A DNA stretch of 64,000 nt from Gonapodya sp. JEL0774. Taxonomy: Eukaryota. Below the pieces are notes generated by a model. The model had not been told where the DNA came from. It did no database searches and saw nothing but the letters and a program-made list of their open reading frames with translations. Every line of letters starts with the position of its first letter. The first letter of the stretch is position 1. The translations under genes and the position numbers were made by a program. The stretch covers positions 62,001-126,000 of the forward strand of contig JADIIX010000009.1 of NCBI GenBank assembly GCA_027604505.1. The letters run 5' to 3'. Positions 1 to 13,187 of the stretch are shown here, one piece after another.

Positions 1-2308
1 GTTGCTGGCAAGGTGGAGGACGAACTTCGCGCTGCGGTTTCGACAATTGCAGATTTGCGTGAGAAAGTCGAGTTTGCGGGCATGTTAGAGGAGGAGTTGG
101 CAAAATCAAAGGAGGAAATTTCTCGACTGGTCGAAGAACTTCGCGATCTAGCAACCTTGCAATCGAACTGGGAGCGTGAGGGTCAGGCTGCGGTCGCGGA
201 GGTTCGGGATCTAAAATCTCAATTGCAACAGGCTCAGGAAGATCTCAAGGAATCGGTGGATCATCATTCTGGCTGCGCTGCGACGCGAATGATATTAGAG
301 GAATCTCTTGAAAGAAACAATGGTGAAATTGCAGACCTTCAAAAGATATTGTCAAGAGTAGGCGATGCAGAGAATGAGCTCCGGGTCAGCAAATCTGAAG
401 TTGCGAGTCTCAGCGAACAACTGCAACTTGCCACAGGTGCGCATTTGATGTGCCATGACATCATCGAAAAGGCAGAAAGCAATGTCAGCGCGATTCGAAT
501 GGAGCTGCAACAGATTCAAAACGAACTTCGCCAATCTGAAGAAAAGAATTCTCGATGCGAGACCACGAAGGCGGAACTTCAGAAGGCGCTGTTGGATGGT
601 CAGCGGGAACTTGATCGAAGTGCACAAGAGCTTCAGCAGGCGCGAGAGAGTCTCCGCGAGGCGTTGGAAGATCACTCGGGATGCCAGAGCACCATACGGG
701 ATCTAGAGACGGAGATACACAAAATTGAAATGCAGAACAATACTTTACGAACGGAAGTTGAAAGAATGTCTGATTATGAAACCCAGCTGCACATGGTGAA
801 GAAGGAATTATCAAATGCGGCGAGCGCTCACTCCGACTCGCAGCAGGAAAGGGAAATACGAATCGCCGAACTCCAACGTGCATGGGCGAGTGCTCAGGAG
901 GATTTGCAAGTGGCAATTGAGAACCATTCAGGATGCAACGGCATCATATTGGAAATGGAGTCCGCCCTTGAGGCAAACAAAGCTAATGCTGAACGCCTCC
1001 GCTTTCAGCTTGACGCTACCAAGAGGGAGTTAGAATCTGTGCGCGTCGATTTCGCAGCTAAACTTGATGGCAACAATACGACCAACCGTCCTCGTCACGA
1101 GCAACATACTCCATCTACTTCGAAATATCACCACGCATCTGCTTCGACATATGAACATCAGCCGAGGTCAAGTCCGACCGGGACAAAACGGAAATCCCCA
1201 GACGCTCCCGACTTGCCGCACACGGTTGGTTCTCGTGGGCATTTAGGAGCTCGCGCTGACACCGCGGAAGCTGCAGGTGTCAGCACCCGAGGCCGACTGT
1301 CCAGTTCTCGGAGTTCCCAGTCGGGTCAACCAGAAGATGTCGACAATCTCCAAGGATCACAGCGCAAACTCCGAAAACTTGCAACAAAGCCGCAAGTATC
1401 TGATCCTAAACTAGCCGCGGGAACGAGTACAGCGAGCGAGCAATCCTCTCAAGGTGAGCACAGTATATCGGCTACAATTGTCATGGTTATTTCCTGACGT
1501 CCATCACTTCAGCACAATCAACACAACAGCATGTTATTTCCCTGTCAGGGTTTAAGGATGGTGGTGGTGAATGGAACACAAATCTGAAAGCGCGATTGTT
1601 GAAATGCATCCGGGAACTAGGGGCGAGAGTGTCTACTTCTGACGACTACGATCCTCAAGTAACACACATAGTCGGTGAGTTCTGTTTGGGTGTGTATAAA
1701 TATCCTTGCGCTTACAATGCACAACGCCTTGATCTTTTTAAGCGCCCCCAGGAACAAAGACCTTGAAAACCTTCGCTGGTAGGTGTGCAATCTTGTTGGG
1801 GTCTTAAGAGGAAACCGTTTTACCAGTATCTACAATTAGGGCTTCTAACCCAAAAATGGATAATGCATGACTTCAATTGGATATTGGAGTCAGCGAAGAA
1901 GTATGTGGCCCTACTCCGGTTTGAAGTGACAAGCTACAAGTAATATTCTCACATCAAACAGGGGCAAATGGCTTGATGAGAGCGGTTTCAAAGCAAGCCG
2001 GAAGCTTTCAACTCCATTTTCAGGGAAGAAGTTCTATTTGGCGCACAGCTTCCGCACGGAATCCATTGGTAGCAAAGCCTTTCGTGAGTGGCATTCGTCA
2101 TCTGATAAAGTATGATGATCGATCATGACCAAATATATTCCCCTTAGGTCTTGGGTATACGCAGAAGCTGATAGGTTTTGGATGTGGTGCAATGGTGGAA
2201 TCTGCCTCAGATGCAGATGTGGTGATTCGTGGTCATGGTGATGGCGCCGACTACGGTAGACCTTGCCTGGAGTGGATGACTTTTGTCTCCGCTGTCGAGA
2301 GCGGTTGA
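1..2308 (+). CDS. Coiled-coil protein with C-terminal BRCT domain(s); 5'-truncated by window edge, multi-exon
   Basis: Frame open from base 1 to donor GTGAGC ~1454 (heptad-rich). Spliced exons give HVISLSGFKD...LLKCIRELGARVSTSDDYDPQVTHIV / APPGTKTLKTFA / GLLTQKWIMHDFNWILESAKK / GKWLDES, a BRCT pattern, then a second BRCT-like unit (PFSGKKFYL...GCGAMVESASDADVVI); TGA at 2306-2308. Confidence 0.75.
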
Positions 2309-2358
2309 CGTTAATTCGAAGGTTGTACATACCTATAAATTTTATACAATGTTCATTG

Positions 2359-5300
2359 TTACATTACATGTGGGGATCGGAAAGATGAGAGTTCACGAGA
2401 TAGAATGGACTCGACCCTTTTTTGCACCTGTTCCAAGGTTGAGCGCAATTGCTCCAACGACAACAAGAGATCTGACCGATCCGGCTGGGGTGCCGTCTCG
2501 CTCTTCGCCATTTCTTGATTTGAGGGTGGAAAAGCCTCTGCGGTTTGCCTCCATTCCTCCTCCAAACTATTTAAATCTTGAGCCGCCATACGCTCTAACT
2601 GCGCTATCCCAGAAAACTTGTGCTCTGCTTTCGCACAACTTTTGAGACCGTCGGCTATAAATCTTTCAAAGGATTGTTGCAAAGTGAGGATGTCTGGAAA
2701 GCATACAGAAAACATGGATTCGCTCTGAGACTGCTGATGAGAAGAAACGGTACTACCTTGCTCTGAGTTTAAAGAGTCCAGTCTTGATTTTAGAATTGCT
2801 TGCGCAGCGTCCAGTTGCTTGGAAGCCGTTGTTAATAGCCTTGTAATCTCCTTGCGTGTTTGAGTTTCTGACGACCAGAACTGGGAATGGATCCTTGCAG
2901 CAATGAAACCTAGAAAGCTGCAGCGCAATACACTTTGCACGCTAGACTCTTCGGTGAGATAATCTGTTCATCTCAGTCACTGAGTGTAAAGAACGACAGT
3001 ATTTCTCCCAAGAATAGAACTCACGGGATCTCCAGGCCTCTCTATTCAGCAGCGTGTTTTGACGACTTGCTTCTATACTACCTTTAGCCGTTTCATACAG
3101 TGAAATAGCACGCTCTGTGGGAGTCTGTTGAACTCTTCTGCGTGTTGCGACGAGAGTATCAAACAGCGTCGATAAGCATTGCCGTGCGTTCGCGCAGTAT
3201 GAATCCACAGTCGAGCCAAATGGCTGTGAGTTGTTGAACATTCCTATGACAACTGCATCTTCCAACTTCCTAGGATTTGTCAATGTCAAAACTCAGACAC
3301 GCATTCAGTGCGGAAGTCAGCTCACAATTCCGCGCACTTCTGTACTGCCGCCACCTTTCCAGCTGCTGGAGAGTATGAATGCTCTACATAGCGCGACATA
3401 CTCCATAACACACAGCGGAGACACTCAGTGGCTTCGAAAATTTTTGACTGTGCATTTGTCCGATTATAGGTTGAGAGCAAAATCTTACATTCATTTCGTA
3501 CTCTAGCTTCTCATACCTTTTGGGTCTGTAGGGTAGTGGTGGACACCAGAGACTTCCACTGCGCACACAGCTCCGAAAAGTTTGTTGATACGTGGTTGCC
3601 CTTTGCGACTTCACTTCTTAATTGCGATTTTAGCAGCTTGAGAATCTTCTGGACTCCATCCACAAATTGGATTTCATCCCTACACTCTTCGAGAGATCGC
3701 AATGTCACGATCATTACTGTCTTCAATTTTTCGATGTTGCTCTCATAAGTCGATTTATGGTCAGTGACTTGACGAGGCTTTGTGAGGGGTCGTCTTATGA
3801 GTCGCCGCAAGTGTGTGATCTTAACTTCCTTGTCTTCCATTGCTCTTCCGTCCTCCTTGAGTTTGATCAGAGCTGATTCAAATTCTTTATTCAACTTCTC
3901 GTTGATTATGTCGCAATCTGTGGAGGTACTGGCACTCAACAAGTCGCGCTGAATAACGCCATGACACATTCGTCGAAACTCCTCAATGTTGGAATTCATT
4001 TTTCTTTGATGAACATTCAACTCGTGGTGGAGAATTTCACACCTTTGTGCAATCCTGTCAAACAGGTGACCTGCCAATTTCGAATTAGTTTTGCTCACCT
4101 GGATATTCGGGATTCGTACTCCGCTTCGATTTCATCCACTGATTCTAACACTTCGATCAATCGCTCCTGAACTTGTTCGGCTAACGCTGTTTGACGGAGA
4201 TCAAGTGCAAACAACACCGAATTCATTTCATTTGAGATTGCGACGTTTTTGGATTGGACTAGATTGCGAGCTTCGACAAAAACCCCTGTCGCGCAATTGT
4301 GGGAGTACGCTAGGCACTGGTGTTGTGGAAAGTCAAACGGATCTTGTTCAAATGGTACACATTGTCAACATCTTGCTCACATCTTGAAGCCAGCGGATTC
4401 GCAGTCCGGTGAATAGCGCTAATACGTCCAAATGCGGGAACTTCACCGTTTGTGTCAGACTGGATAATGTGTTGCGTCTGATACTTGCACTGGTCGACCT
4501 GCGGGCAGGCGACAGAGGGCGACTCCAATCCAGATTCGTGAGTGTCGTTGCCCCGTGAGAGTGTAAGAGAGTCAAAAGGTATGAAGTTTCATCTTTCGGA
4601 TTCTTTAGGAGATATCTGCACCCATCGGGCATTTGGACAAGCTGCTCTTCGCGGACGGATTTTCCAGATCCAGGGCGGTCAAATGGCCGGATCTCGTACA
4701 GATCGCAGAACTGGATGAAGGGGAAGAGTATGAAGCTTAGAAATGAAAGTAAGAGATAGAGCAAAATGCGCACCAACCTTTTGCCGCCTGCATCTAATAT
4801 CTTCGTCCAAAAATCTCAGAAGTCCTGCAATCACCGACTGAGCTTCGGCGTGGAACTTCTCGTGTTCTTTTTAGCAAACGAGAAGAACCGGTAGGAAACG
4901 TGATTTCACCCGCAAGCTTGAAACACCAGACTCACGTGAACGAATTTTACTCAGAACTATTTTTGCCTTGTCAGCAGCGGCATTCAGAACAACCTCATCG
5001 GTGGTTAAATCCATTTCTCTCTGAGTGCCAACGTATTCATCGTCCAGCTTTGCTAATTGTTGCAGATAGCTGTTGTGCAGTGCCTCCAGCTCCGCATCCA
5101 TCACACGGGTTGCATCCGCGAGGGAGGATGAAGGGCCTAGTAAGCTCGCTACATTCTTCATCATGGTTGATGCCAAAGTGTGCAGGACATCTGCGACCAC
5201 CGTTTCCTGATCGCAGGATCTCGTCAACGCTTCTGGAAGTTCTAGCACAACAGAGTCCTTGAACGCTTGACTACGAATCGTGTCTTCGCCTTCCTCAAAA

Positions 5301-6564
5301 ACCCCAACGACTGTCTCAGGTGAGACTGCTACCAGTTCAGAGAACAGAGGGGACCAACGGTCGTGAACGTCATGTGCAATTTCAATGAGCCCACAATTGT
5401 GCGACCGTAATCGCAAAGAGAGCTCGTCGATGCACTTTCGGATTTCACCCTGAACGAGATGCAAGTGATTTTGCCAAGAATCGAGATCGGTGAAGTCAAC
5501 TTGTGTTATTACAAAGGAAGTCAGAACACGGAGCTGTGCGGGATACAGAGTTCGGGTATTCAAGTCCAAGCGCGAAAGCGGAATGGGCAAGGGGACTCAC
5601 ATGCTCCCGTTGCTAATTTATTGATGACAGAAACCCCGTTTTTAAGTGAGGTAGTCAGTAAATATTCAAATTTGTGATATCTCACCATCGACACCAGCGC
5701 GTCCAGCCTCTGCTGTGCATTAAAATAGACGAACTCGGGATGATATCCTTCGAGCAAAACCTCAAGCTCCAGAACAAGTGCACCTGTAATAGGAGCAAGT
5801 CCGATGAAACTTGGCGGGAACGGAGAAGTTTCTGTGGGTGTCCAGTCACCTTTCAAATGATTGAATCGTTCTTGTTCCCAACGAAGCTCGAATGCTTGGC
5901 ACGTTCTGCTAACAGCTTCAGACATCCTCTGTTCAAGGGCCTTCAACTGTGACCGGTGTTGACAGACGGGGCATGAGCCAACTCGTTATCAAATCGTTAT
6001 CGTCGCGTTCCTGTTGCTCACGGTTTCAAGTGCCAAAAGGACTCCTTTGCGGTTGTCCAATAGTAAGATATTTGCTTCTAAGGCTTGCTCCCCTCCCACT
6101 CTCCTTCGGGCACTTGTTGAAGGGAATGCTGAGCGAGCTTCTGCGGACGTAAAAGTTTCCTCTATAGCCTGCCGGATTGACGGTGATCGGCTCTTTGTCT
6201 CCAACTCAACTAGCCGCAAATGCATATGAGAACTGAGATCATTCCACTTTCGGGGGAGTTCGTCGCGGAGAAACGAGGTGTGGGCTTCCACATCAGCTCG
6301 AGAGAACTCTCCAAAATCACGCCATTCCGGGACAGTTTCCTTCATTGATTCCAGAGGCTTCACGCCTTGAGTGATTTTACAAAGATCCTCTGTCCTTTCT
6401 TTCACAACGGACGCCAGGGATTCCCACTCTGTGATATACTCGTCCAAGACCGTTCGCGCCAAGAGGGAGATATTACTGCCGATCTTTTCGAGCTTCGAGC
6501 CGAACGCTTCATTCACCAAAGAGTTGCGATGTACATAAATCGCGCCAGCCCTGCCGTGGGACAT
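2359..6564 (-). CDS. Large multi-exon helical/coiled-coil hypothetical protein
   Basis: Chain of minus-strand ORFs (5989-6606, 5560-5946, 4871-5590, 3511-4098, 2942-3289, 2359-2940); the junctions I checked are joinable by short GT-AG introns (e.g. ~5947-6021). No family recognised. Start is ATG 6564 or 6606. Confidence 0.6.
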
Positions 6565-6630
6565 TATTGTAAAGGTGGGGTTGGTTTTATTGTGTACATT
6601 GTACATGACAAGCGTTCACTAAATAATATT

Positions 6631-8554
6631 TTAATGTTCAACTTTCGCAGTCCCTTCGGGAATCTCGGCAAATCCTACGGGGACCGGAGAGTCCTTTGGC
6701 ACAATCGCAAGTACCTTGTAAATGTCACCCATTTGGTCAGGCGCCGTAAGCCGTTCATACTGTGTCACTAAGTCCTTAAATACTTCTTCTGATTTGGCAG
6801 ATCGGAGTAGTGCCTGAAGGCGCTCTCGAATTCCAAGACTATGAAGAAATCGGGATTGCGTTATCGGGCCGAAGGGAGCAGCTGAGACAGCAAAGAAACA
6901 ATGCATCAGGTGGGACGATATCAAAATTGACAGAGAATGTTCCTACAATGCCTTTCCGAGACCATCTTGATCATCGCATAGTCAACATCAGTGCTCAGGT
7001 CAGAAGTTCCCGGAGAACTGAGCACGTGCACGTACTTGTGGTTCTTGATGGCCTACAGCATCAGTGTAAACAATCAAGAGAGATATGTAAACTCGAAACG
7101 CAAAACTCACTCTCAAACTGGTAGAAGAGGCACCATCACGACCGTAATCCACAATCAACGCTCCTCCACCACTCCTCTCTACTCTTCGGGCAATCTGATC
7201 AGTGACTGACGCTGCCTCCGGACAAAATTCGATCCGAACGCCGACATCGAGGCCTTTAAAACGTGGGTCTTCTGTGTAAGCAGCAGACGCGACAGTTGGG
7301 CTTGCGGAAAGTACGTAGCGAAAATGATACCTACGAAACACAGAGTTTCCAGCACTCTTTTCACAAGGGGACGACTTATGGATAAGCTGGACTCACGGAG
7401 ACTCGTTTGACTCCTCAATGTCAATGAGAATTTCCCGCCAGCCTGCAGACGTCAGCTGCAATAGTGAGTCAATATTGAACAAGTTTGTAGAGAATGATGC
7501 AAATGCTGCCACCCACCCACCTCGAATCGGTGAATGGGCAGCGCGTCAAAAAACTCATGTGCCAAAAAAAATGTGGGCAAATCTGAGTTAAATAGCACAG
7601 AAACCACCGTGGGCGGCACATTGCATCAGGGCATCGCCTCGGCGCTCAGAGGAAACAAGACAAGCCACCCTTCTATACCTGACGGTACCTCCCCGAGACT
7701 TCCCCACCATTCCACCTGCACTCCGTCCTTTCTCATTCCCTTCAATGGTCCTTCAAATCCGATTTCCTTGTGATCCTTGCTTTCATTGGCAAGTTGAATA
7801 TCCCCGTCAGGAACCAGCGCACGCGCTTGTGAAGCACGCATCGTCGGACCGGCTTCCACAAGATGAATGGAGCGAAGGCATGATTTGACTGGTGGAAAGT
7901 TCGAGAGTGTCTAGAACAAAGCAAGATTAAATGCAGTGTCGATTTGGAGAACATGCAAACAGTCGCATTATCTGAACGGACTGGACCAAGGAGTGCCATT
8001 TATGACGCTCGTTCCATTCATGCAGCCCATTCCCCAAAAAACAAAGACGCAACTCCCACCCTTAAAATATCCGCCATAAGTGTCCCTCTGCCGGGCCCGA
8101 GTTCTACAAAGTTGAAATGGGGTGGCTGTCCAAGGTTGTGCCATAAGGTAACGAACCAAATGGCGACGCATTCTCCAAACATCTGAGAGATCTCTGGAGA
8201 AGTTACGAAGTCCCCCTTCGTACCGAAAACATCTTTCGTCATATAGTAACCTCCAGATGGGTCGGTGAGTGCTGATCTCATAAACTGTGCTATTGAGCGA
8301 GGTCCAGATATTTGAATGGTGTCCTTCAACTGTTTTATGAGAGGAGTAAGAGGCTCCTTTGCAGACTCGACTGAGTCCCGATATGAATGGTGTGGCCCAG
8401 GTTTGTTTGATTCTGAATGTGAAGATCGGACCAAATTGGAGGTGAAGGACGAGAGACGAACTGATCCGAATCGCTGTAAGAAGGGCACATTTCTGATTGG
8501 AGATGAGCAATGCCAAGCAACGCGCAAGCGGTGTCGCGCTACGATGGATCTCAT
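6631..8554 (-). CDS. NDUFAF7: Mitochondrial protein arginine methyltransferase NDUFAF7/MidA (complex I assembly)
   Basis: Motifs [76 protein letters not shown]; basic presequence-like N-terminus. Confidence 0.95.
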
Positions 8555-8763
8555 GTTGTGATTCCCATTCATAACACTGATACAGAAGGATCGCCGCCCG
8601 GACCACAGCACCAAAGTGAACCAGCACCGTGATTTCAATCGCGACCATGTATTACAGAATTGTGCATCACAAGAGTAGAGACCTTTTGGTGCTCGTACAC
8701 GGTGGACGATTTGCTGTTGTTGCTCCCAGGTGTGTAATCGTTCGGTTCTTAAATTTCCTGGCA

Positions 8764-10469
8764 ATGTCTTCACCTGGCAACCCTCCCTCAATGCTCACAA
8801 TCCATGGCCTAATGTCTGTACGAAAGTACCAACGACATCATACTAGCGCCCAGCACTTGTGTGGAAGCCTCCTCAAAAGCGGGCGTAACGATTAAGTTTC
8901 CCGTGGACGATGGCCGCTTTCACAAGCAGCCGATTAGATCTGTCGCCTGGTCTCCTGTACAGCCGTTGCTGGTAACAATTGGAGAGGAAAAAGTATTAAA
9001 GTTGTGGGATCTGGACAACGGGACTTGCGTGGGATCATGGTGAACCTGCGGTCGTCCCAGAAACTTCCCCATCAATATTGAAAATATCGCCTGAATGGAA
9101 TAGCTCTCTGGAAAAACGTTCGAATTCGGTCGTGTTCTCGTCAGATGGTGGGAAAATTATGATTGCCGATAAGTTTGGTGACGTTTTCGAGTGGGTGGGA
9201 TCAGAACAGATTCGAGTCAGCACTGAACTTTGAAATCTCTACATTCACCTTGGGAACCGCGTTTTCCTTCTATAGAGTTTCTGTGGAGCAGCGGCAGCTT
9301 GCAGTTTCTCCCCCCAAGCTACTTCTTGGGCATGTTTCCATGCTCACTGACCTTGTAAGTTTTGCCCAGCCTGTTCGAGTCTTACAATACGAAAGCATTA
9401 GCGCTTCTTCCTGTTGTATATTTTGGCGTTTCTTCAGGCTATTTCGCCAGATGACCGTTTCATAATCACAGCCGACCGGGACGAACACGTTCGCGTTACT
9501 CATTATCCGCGCACACACGTCATACGGAATTGGTGCTTGGGCCACACACAGTGAGTTAAATGCATCACCTTCCGCGAAGGAGTATGTCGCCTCACGTCTA
9601 CGTGCCCGTTTCCCTAGATTCGTTTCCCAGCTCTCCATCTTTCCTACCTTCCCCGCTTACCTCCTTTCCGCTGGTGGTGACGGCACCCTTCTCGTGTGGG
9701 AGTGGGTAGAAGCGAGATTGGTGCAGACGGTGAAGCTGGAGGAAGCGATTGCGACCGCTGTACGTGAGCTGAGCGGATGGTCAACTACTTTCACGCTTTG
9801 ACAATTCTCCCTTAAGCCCACCAACCCTACTAGCGCACCTCCTAACCCTCCAACCGTTTCCTGTCTCCGAACATCCCCTGATGGTCGTCATGTAGCCCTT
9901 ATAGTCGAAGAGTGAGTAGAATACCTTCTTGCACGGACACATACTACCCCTGGGTGTCAAAGTGATTGAATCAATCCCGCAGCTTTCCTTACCTTCTCGT
10001 CTACGACGTGACCAGAAGCGAGGTATCCAATCAACCTATGTTGTCTTCGCCCCGCGCGTTCACCCTCGGTGCTCAACCCTTGGATGCAACATACTTTCCA
10101 GATGGGACACTGCTAGTAAGCCTCGTGGATAGTCCATCATTGGAGGTCGTTACTCTCACGGAGGGGAAAGCAGTGAGTGCGGCCGTTCCTACCAGGAAGT
10201 TGTGCGTGACTCAAAATTCTCTGGATGAAATCAAGCAGCATAAAGACGATAGCTTCAGTTTGACAGCTTCCCTTGGGTCGTTGGGGTGGACTGCTTCTTA
10301 TGACTTGTTCCCGACGGGAAAGTGGCGGAAGGATGCAGAGGGTCGCCATGCAGACGGCGGAGATGGGGAAGGGGACGAAGGAGACGACGGGGACGGGCAG
10401 GAGGATGATGAAGAGAGTGAAAGCAATAAAGAAAAATCCAGAAAAATCAAAAAGGCCCGGCGCAGTTGA
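8764..10469 (+). CDS. TRM82: tRNA (guanine-N7) methyltransferase non-catalytic WD40 subunit Trm82/WDR4
   Basis: Spliced motifs [40 protein letters not shown]...[21 protein letters not shown]. Start codon approximate. Confidence 0.92.
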
Positions 10470-10505
10470 CGGGAATGTACACTATTTACATTACATTACG
10501 CTGTG

Positions 10506-13118
10506 CTAGGATGCGGCTAACTTGGCGAAAATGGATGGCGGACCTTCAGTCAACTTTTGTCCTTCCATCTTCTCCTTCAAGTCCGCCATCGTCTCTTTCA
10601 CTGTACTCCTCTCCAGGTCATCACGTTTGTTAAGAACGTCTTCCACGTACTGGAGAGGAATATCTGGATATGCCTTAACAAGGCTGTACAAGTCCAAAAA
10701 CACCATTCGAGCGCTGCTTCCAATCACTGAATTGAGCTTATACAAGGGCTCGAAACTAGCCTTGACACGTTTCGACGACTTGTACCGCGAGAACAGTTCA
10801 ACGGTAGCATCAATGTCGGACTTCATCTTATCCATGACAACACCAGATTTAAATTTCGCATTGCGATTCCTCATGGCTTCCAGGTATTGAAGCACAAAGC
10901 GCTCAATGAGATCGCTCATAAGCTTATTGAAAAGGTACTCGACAAGATGTGCTTGAAAGTCGTCGCAATAATCCTCAACAGTGCCGAGGATTACGTTAAA
11001 CAGTGGTTCGTCATACCAAGCGGGGCAAAAAAGATGGCTTAGCACGGGTTTCAAGTCCAATATGACAATGTCTATGAGCATCGCGCTGACCCGCTTGGAG
11101 ACCTTGATGAAACCTTCAAGTGATTGATTCAAGATGTCGCTTACTTTCTGCCGGTATGCATCTGAAGCTTCCTCATCCATCCGTTTTATAATAGTCTCGG
11201 CAAATTCGGTAGACTTAAGGAAGTCATTGGAGAGCGCCATGAGGTATTCGGGAAGACCTTTGGTGCAGTCTTCGGGCTTTGTGGTCAAGATACTGAACTC
11301 TTTCTCAGCAAGTCCTGACCATTGTTCTTGATACTCGTCCAAGGCCTTACCACACTCCTTGACTACATCCAGTAGAAGCCGTCCTCGATCGGTGTTCACA
11401 ACAATGTCAATTTGCTGGTTTATCATTTGGAACATAATGACTCCAGCTGACATGTTGTATGAGCCATTGCTTTCCTCCGGTGGATCTCGTCTCGTTGTGA
11501 AAGCTCGTGTTTCCGTCGTCATCAAATTGCGCCGCCACTCTGAGAACTTTGCTCTGGTGATGTTGACGTACTCTCCCAACATGGCGTCCTGTTTGCCATC
11601 CAACAAGTGTGGTTCAAGTAGTTCTTCCGTCACACCCAATCTTCCTCGCATTTCGTCGTGATAATGGCCAACCCAAGACTGCAGCTTCAGGATACCACCA
11701 GCGTCCAAGCTCGACAATGGCATACGATTAACCCGATCGTAAACGTTTTGATGATATCGAATGACGTAAAAATTGAAAATGCCCCATTTCTTTGGAAAAC
11801 GCGGCATAAGCTCATCATATACGGTCGCCAGATCGTCCACCACGAAGTCCAGTCCGTCCAGTACGGAAAATATGTCACCACTGTCAACGTCAGCGAGCAT
11901 CTTTTGGAAACGTTTGGCGATCGATTCTTGCACCTCCTCCTTGAACCTGCTGAGGTATGATTTTGGTTTCCGTTTCGCCATCACTCGAGCAGTTTCCGAT
12001 GATGACCCATCTGGAATAGAATTCAGAGAGCTAACGTATTCATCCATACGCTCCTCTGTTTCAATGACTTTGGCAAGTCGAACAACGGTTGCACGCTGAC
12101 CATTCAGAACGAGTGGGAGGATGTTGCGCGACAGGTAGAAAAGATAATCGGTGAATTCATCCATGACAGCTTCAAAACGCTTAAAGTATTGCTATGTCGA
12201 GAGTAAGTAAAAAATCTTATTCAAATACCACCGGAGCAACCTTGAACATTGTAATACCTGAAGAGTGATGACCACGTCCGTCGACGAACTCCTCGATTTC
12301 TCCATTGTCTCGTCCCGAAACTGCTCCAACTGGAAGAGAGTATGATGAACAAACAGAAGGTTGTCCGCTGGGCCAAGGGACACTGATTTGTCCTCATCAA
12401 GCAACTTTTTGACACGCCCGATTTGGTTCGTCAGTTGCTGAAACTGCTCTACGATTTCCATGGTCGATGTAAAATTGCGGTGCGTACGAGATAGCTGTCA
12501 ATCTTGGTCAGTTGGATCCGAGAAACAACCGTCAAAAAACCGCACCTTCTTTATCTTGCCGTAATTCTGAATCATTGTCTGTGAGGTGCTGCACAGGCTG
12601 TCGATCGTTTGGAGATTGCCCCTTATGACTTGATATTCCTCTTTCGATTGGGCGAGCAAATTCATGCCACTGATGGAGTTGTGGAGATAAGTTTCCGTTT
12701 GGTGGGTTATAGTGTTGCACCGACAACTCACCGTTGAGCATCATCAAGCTGCGTCTGAACAGCGGCTTTGAGCTGCGCTTCCAGTGACGCCTTCTCTGCG
12801 CCGAACTTTGGGGAGGAATGGGGGGAAATCAGTTGGAGAATGGTCTGATCCCTCCACATGATCATACTTTTTGGCGATACACATTGAGTTTCAAGAGATC
12901 GTCAGGATGCCGAAAACTGGTGGACGCCTAAGGTGTCAGAATATCTCTCAGTGGCCGAAGATGATTTGTCTCACAGTTCGGACACACGTTGCACAGCTGC
13001 AAATGGCAATATCCCAGGGAAAGAGACAGGTCAGGTCGCGCTACAACTACCTTTCAGGCTGGAAGGTCTCACCGAGCTCATTTGCATCAGCCAGTGCACG
13101 ATTTCCAGCTGCGTCCAT
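10506..13118 (-). CDS. SEC6: Exocyst complex component Sec6/EXOC3
   Basis: 552-aa helical exon with VVRLAKVIETEERMDE, PRFPKKWGIFNFYVIRYHQ, YLMALSND, LVKAYPDIPLQYVEDVLNKRDDL; upstream exon KASLEAQLKAAVQTQLDDAQ. Confidence 0.93.
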
Positions 13119-13187
13119 TGCAATCAGGGTCAGATGTTTCCTGACGTAACCCAACAGCGGGCCCTCATGTCTGCTGTGAAAATTGTC

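Noticed and set aside
1700..1710. ATATCCTT resembling a U12 (AT-AC) donor; also GTATCCTT on the minus strand near 23210-23217
   Set aside because: Both lie inside introns whose ordinary GT donors already give the conserved reading frame.
2359..6606. Chain of broken ORFs suggesting frameshifting, recoding or a pseudogene
   Set aside because: The breaks I checked are explained by canonical short GT-AG introns.
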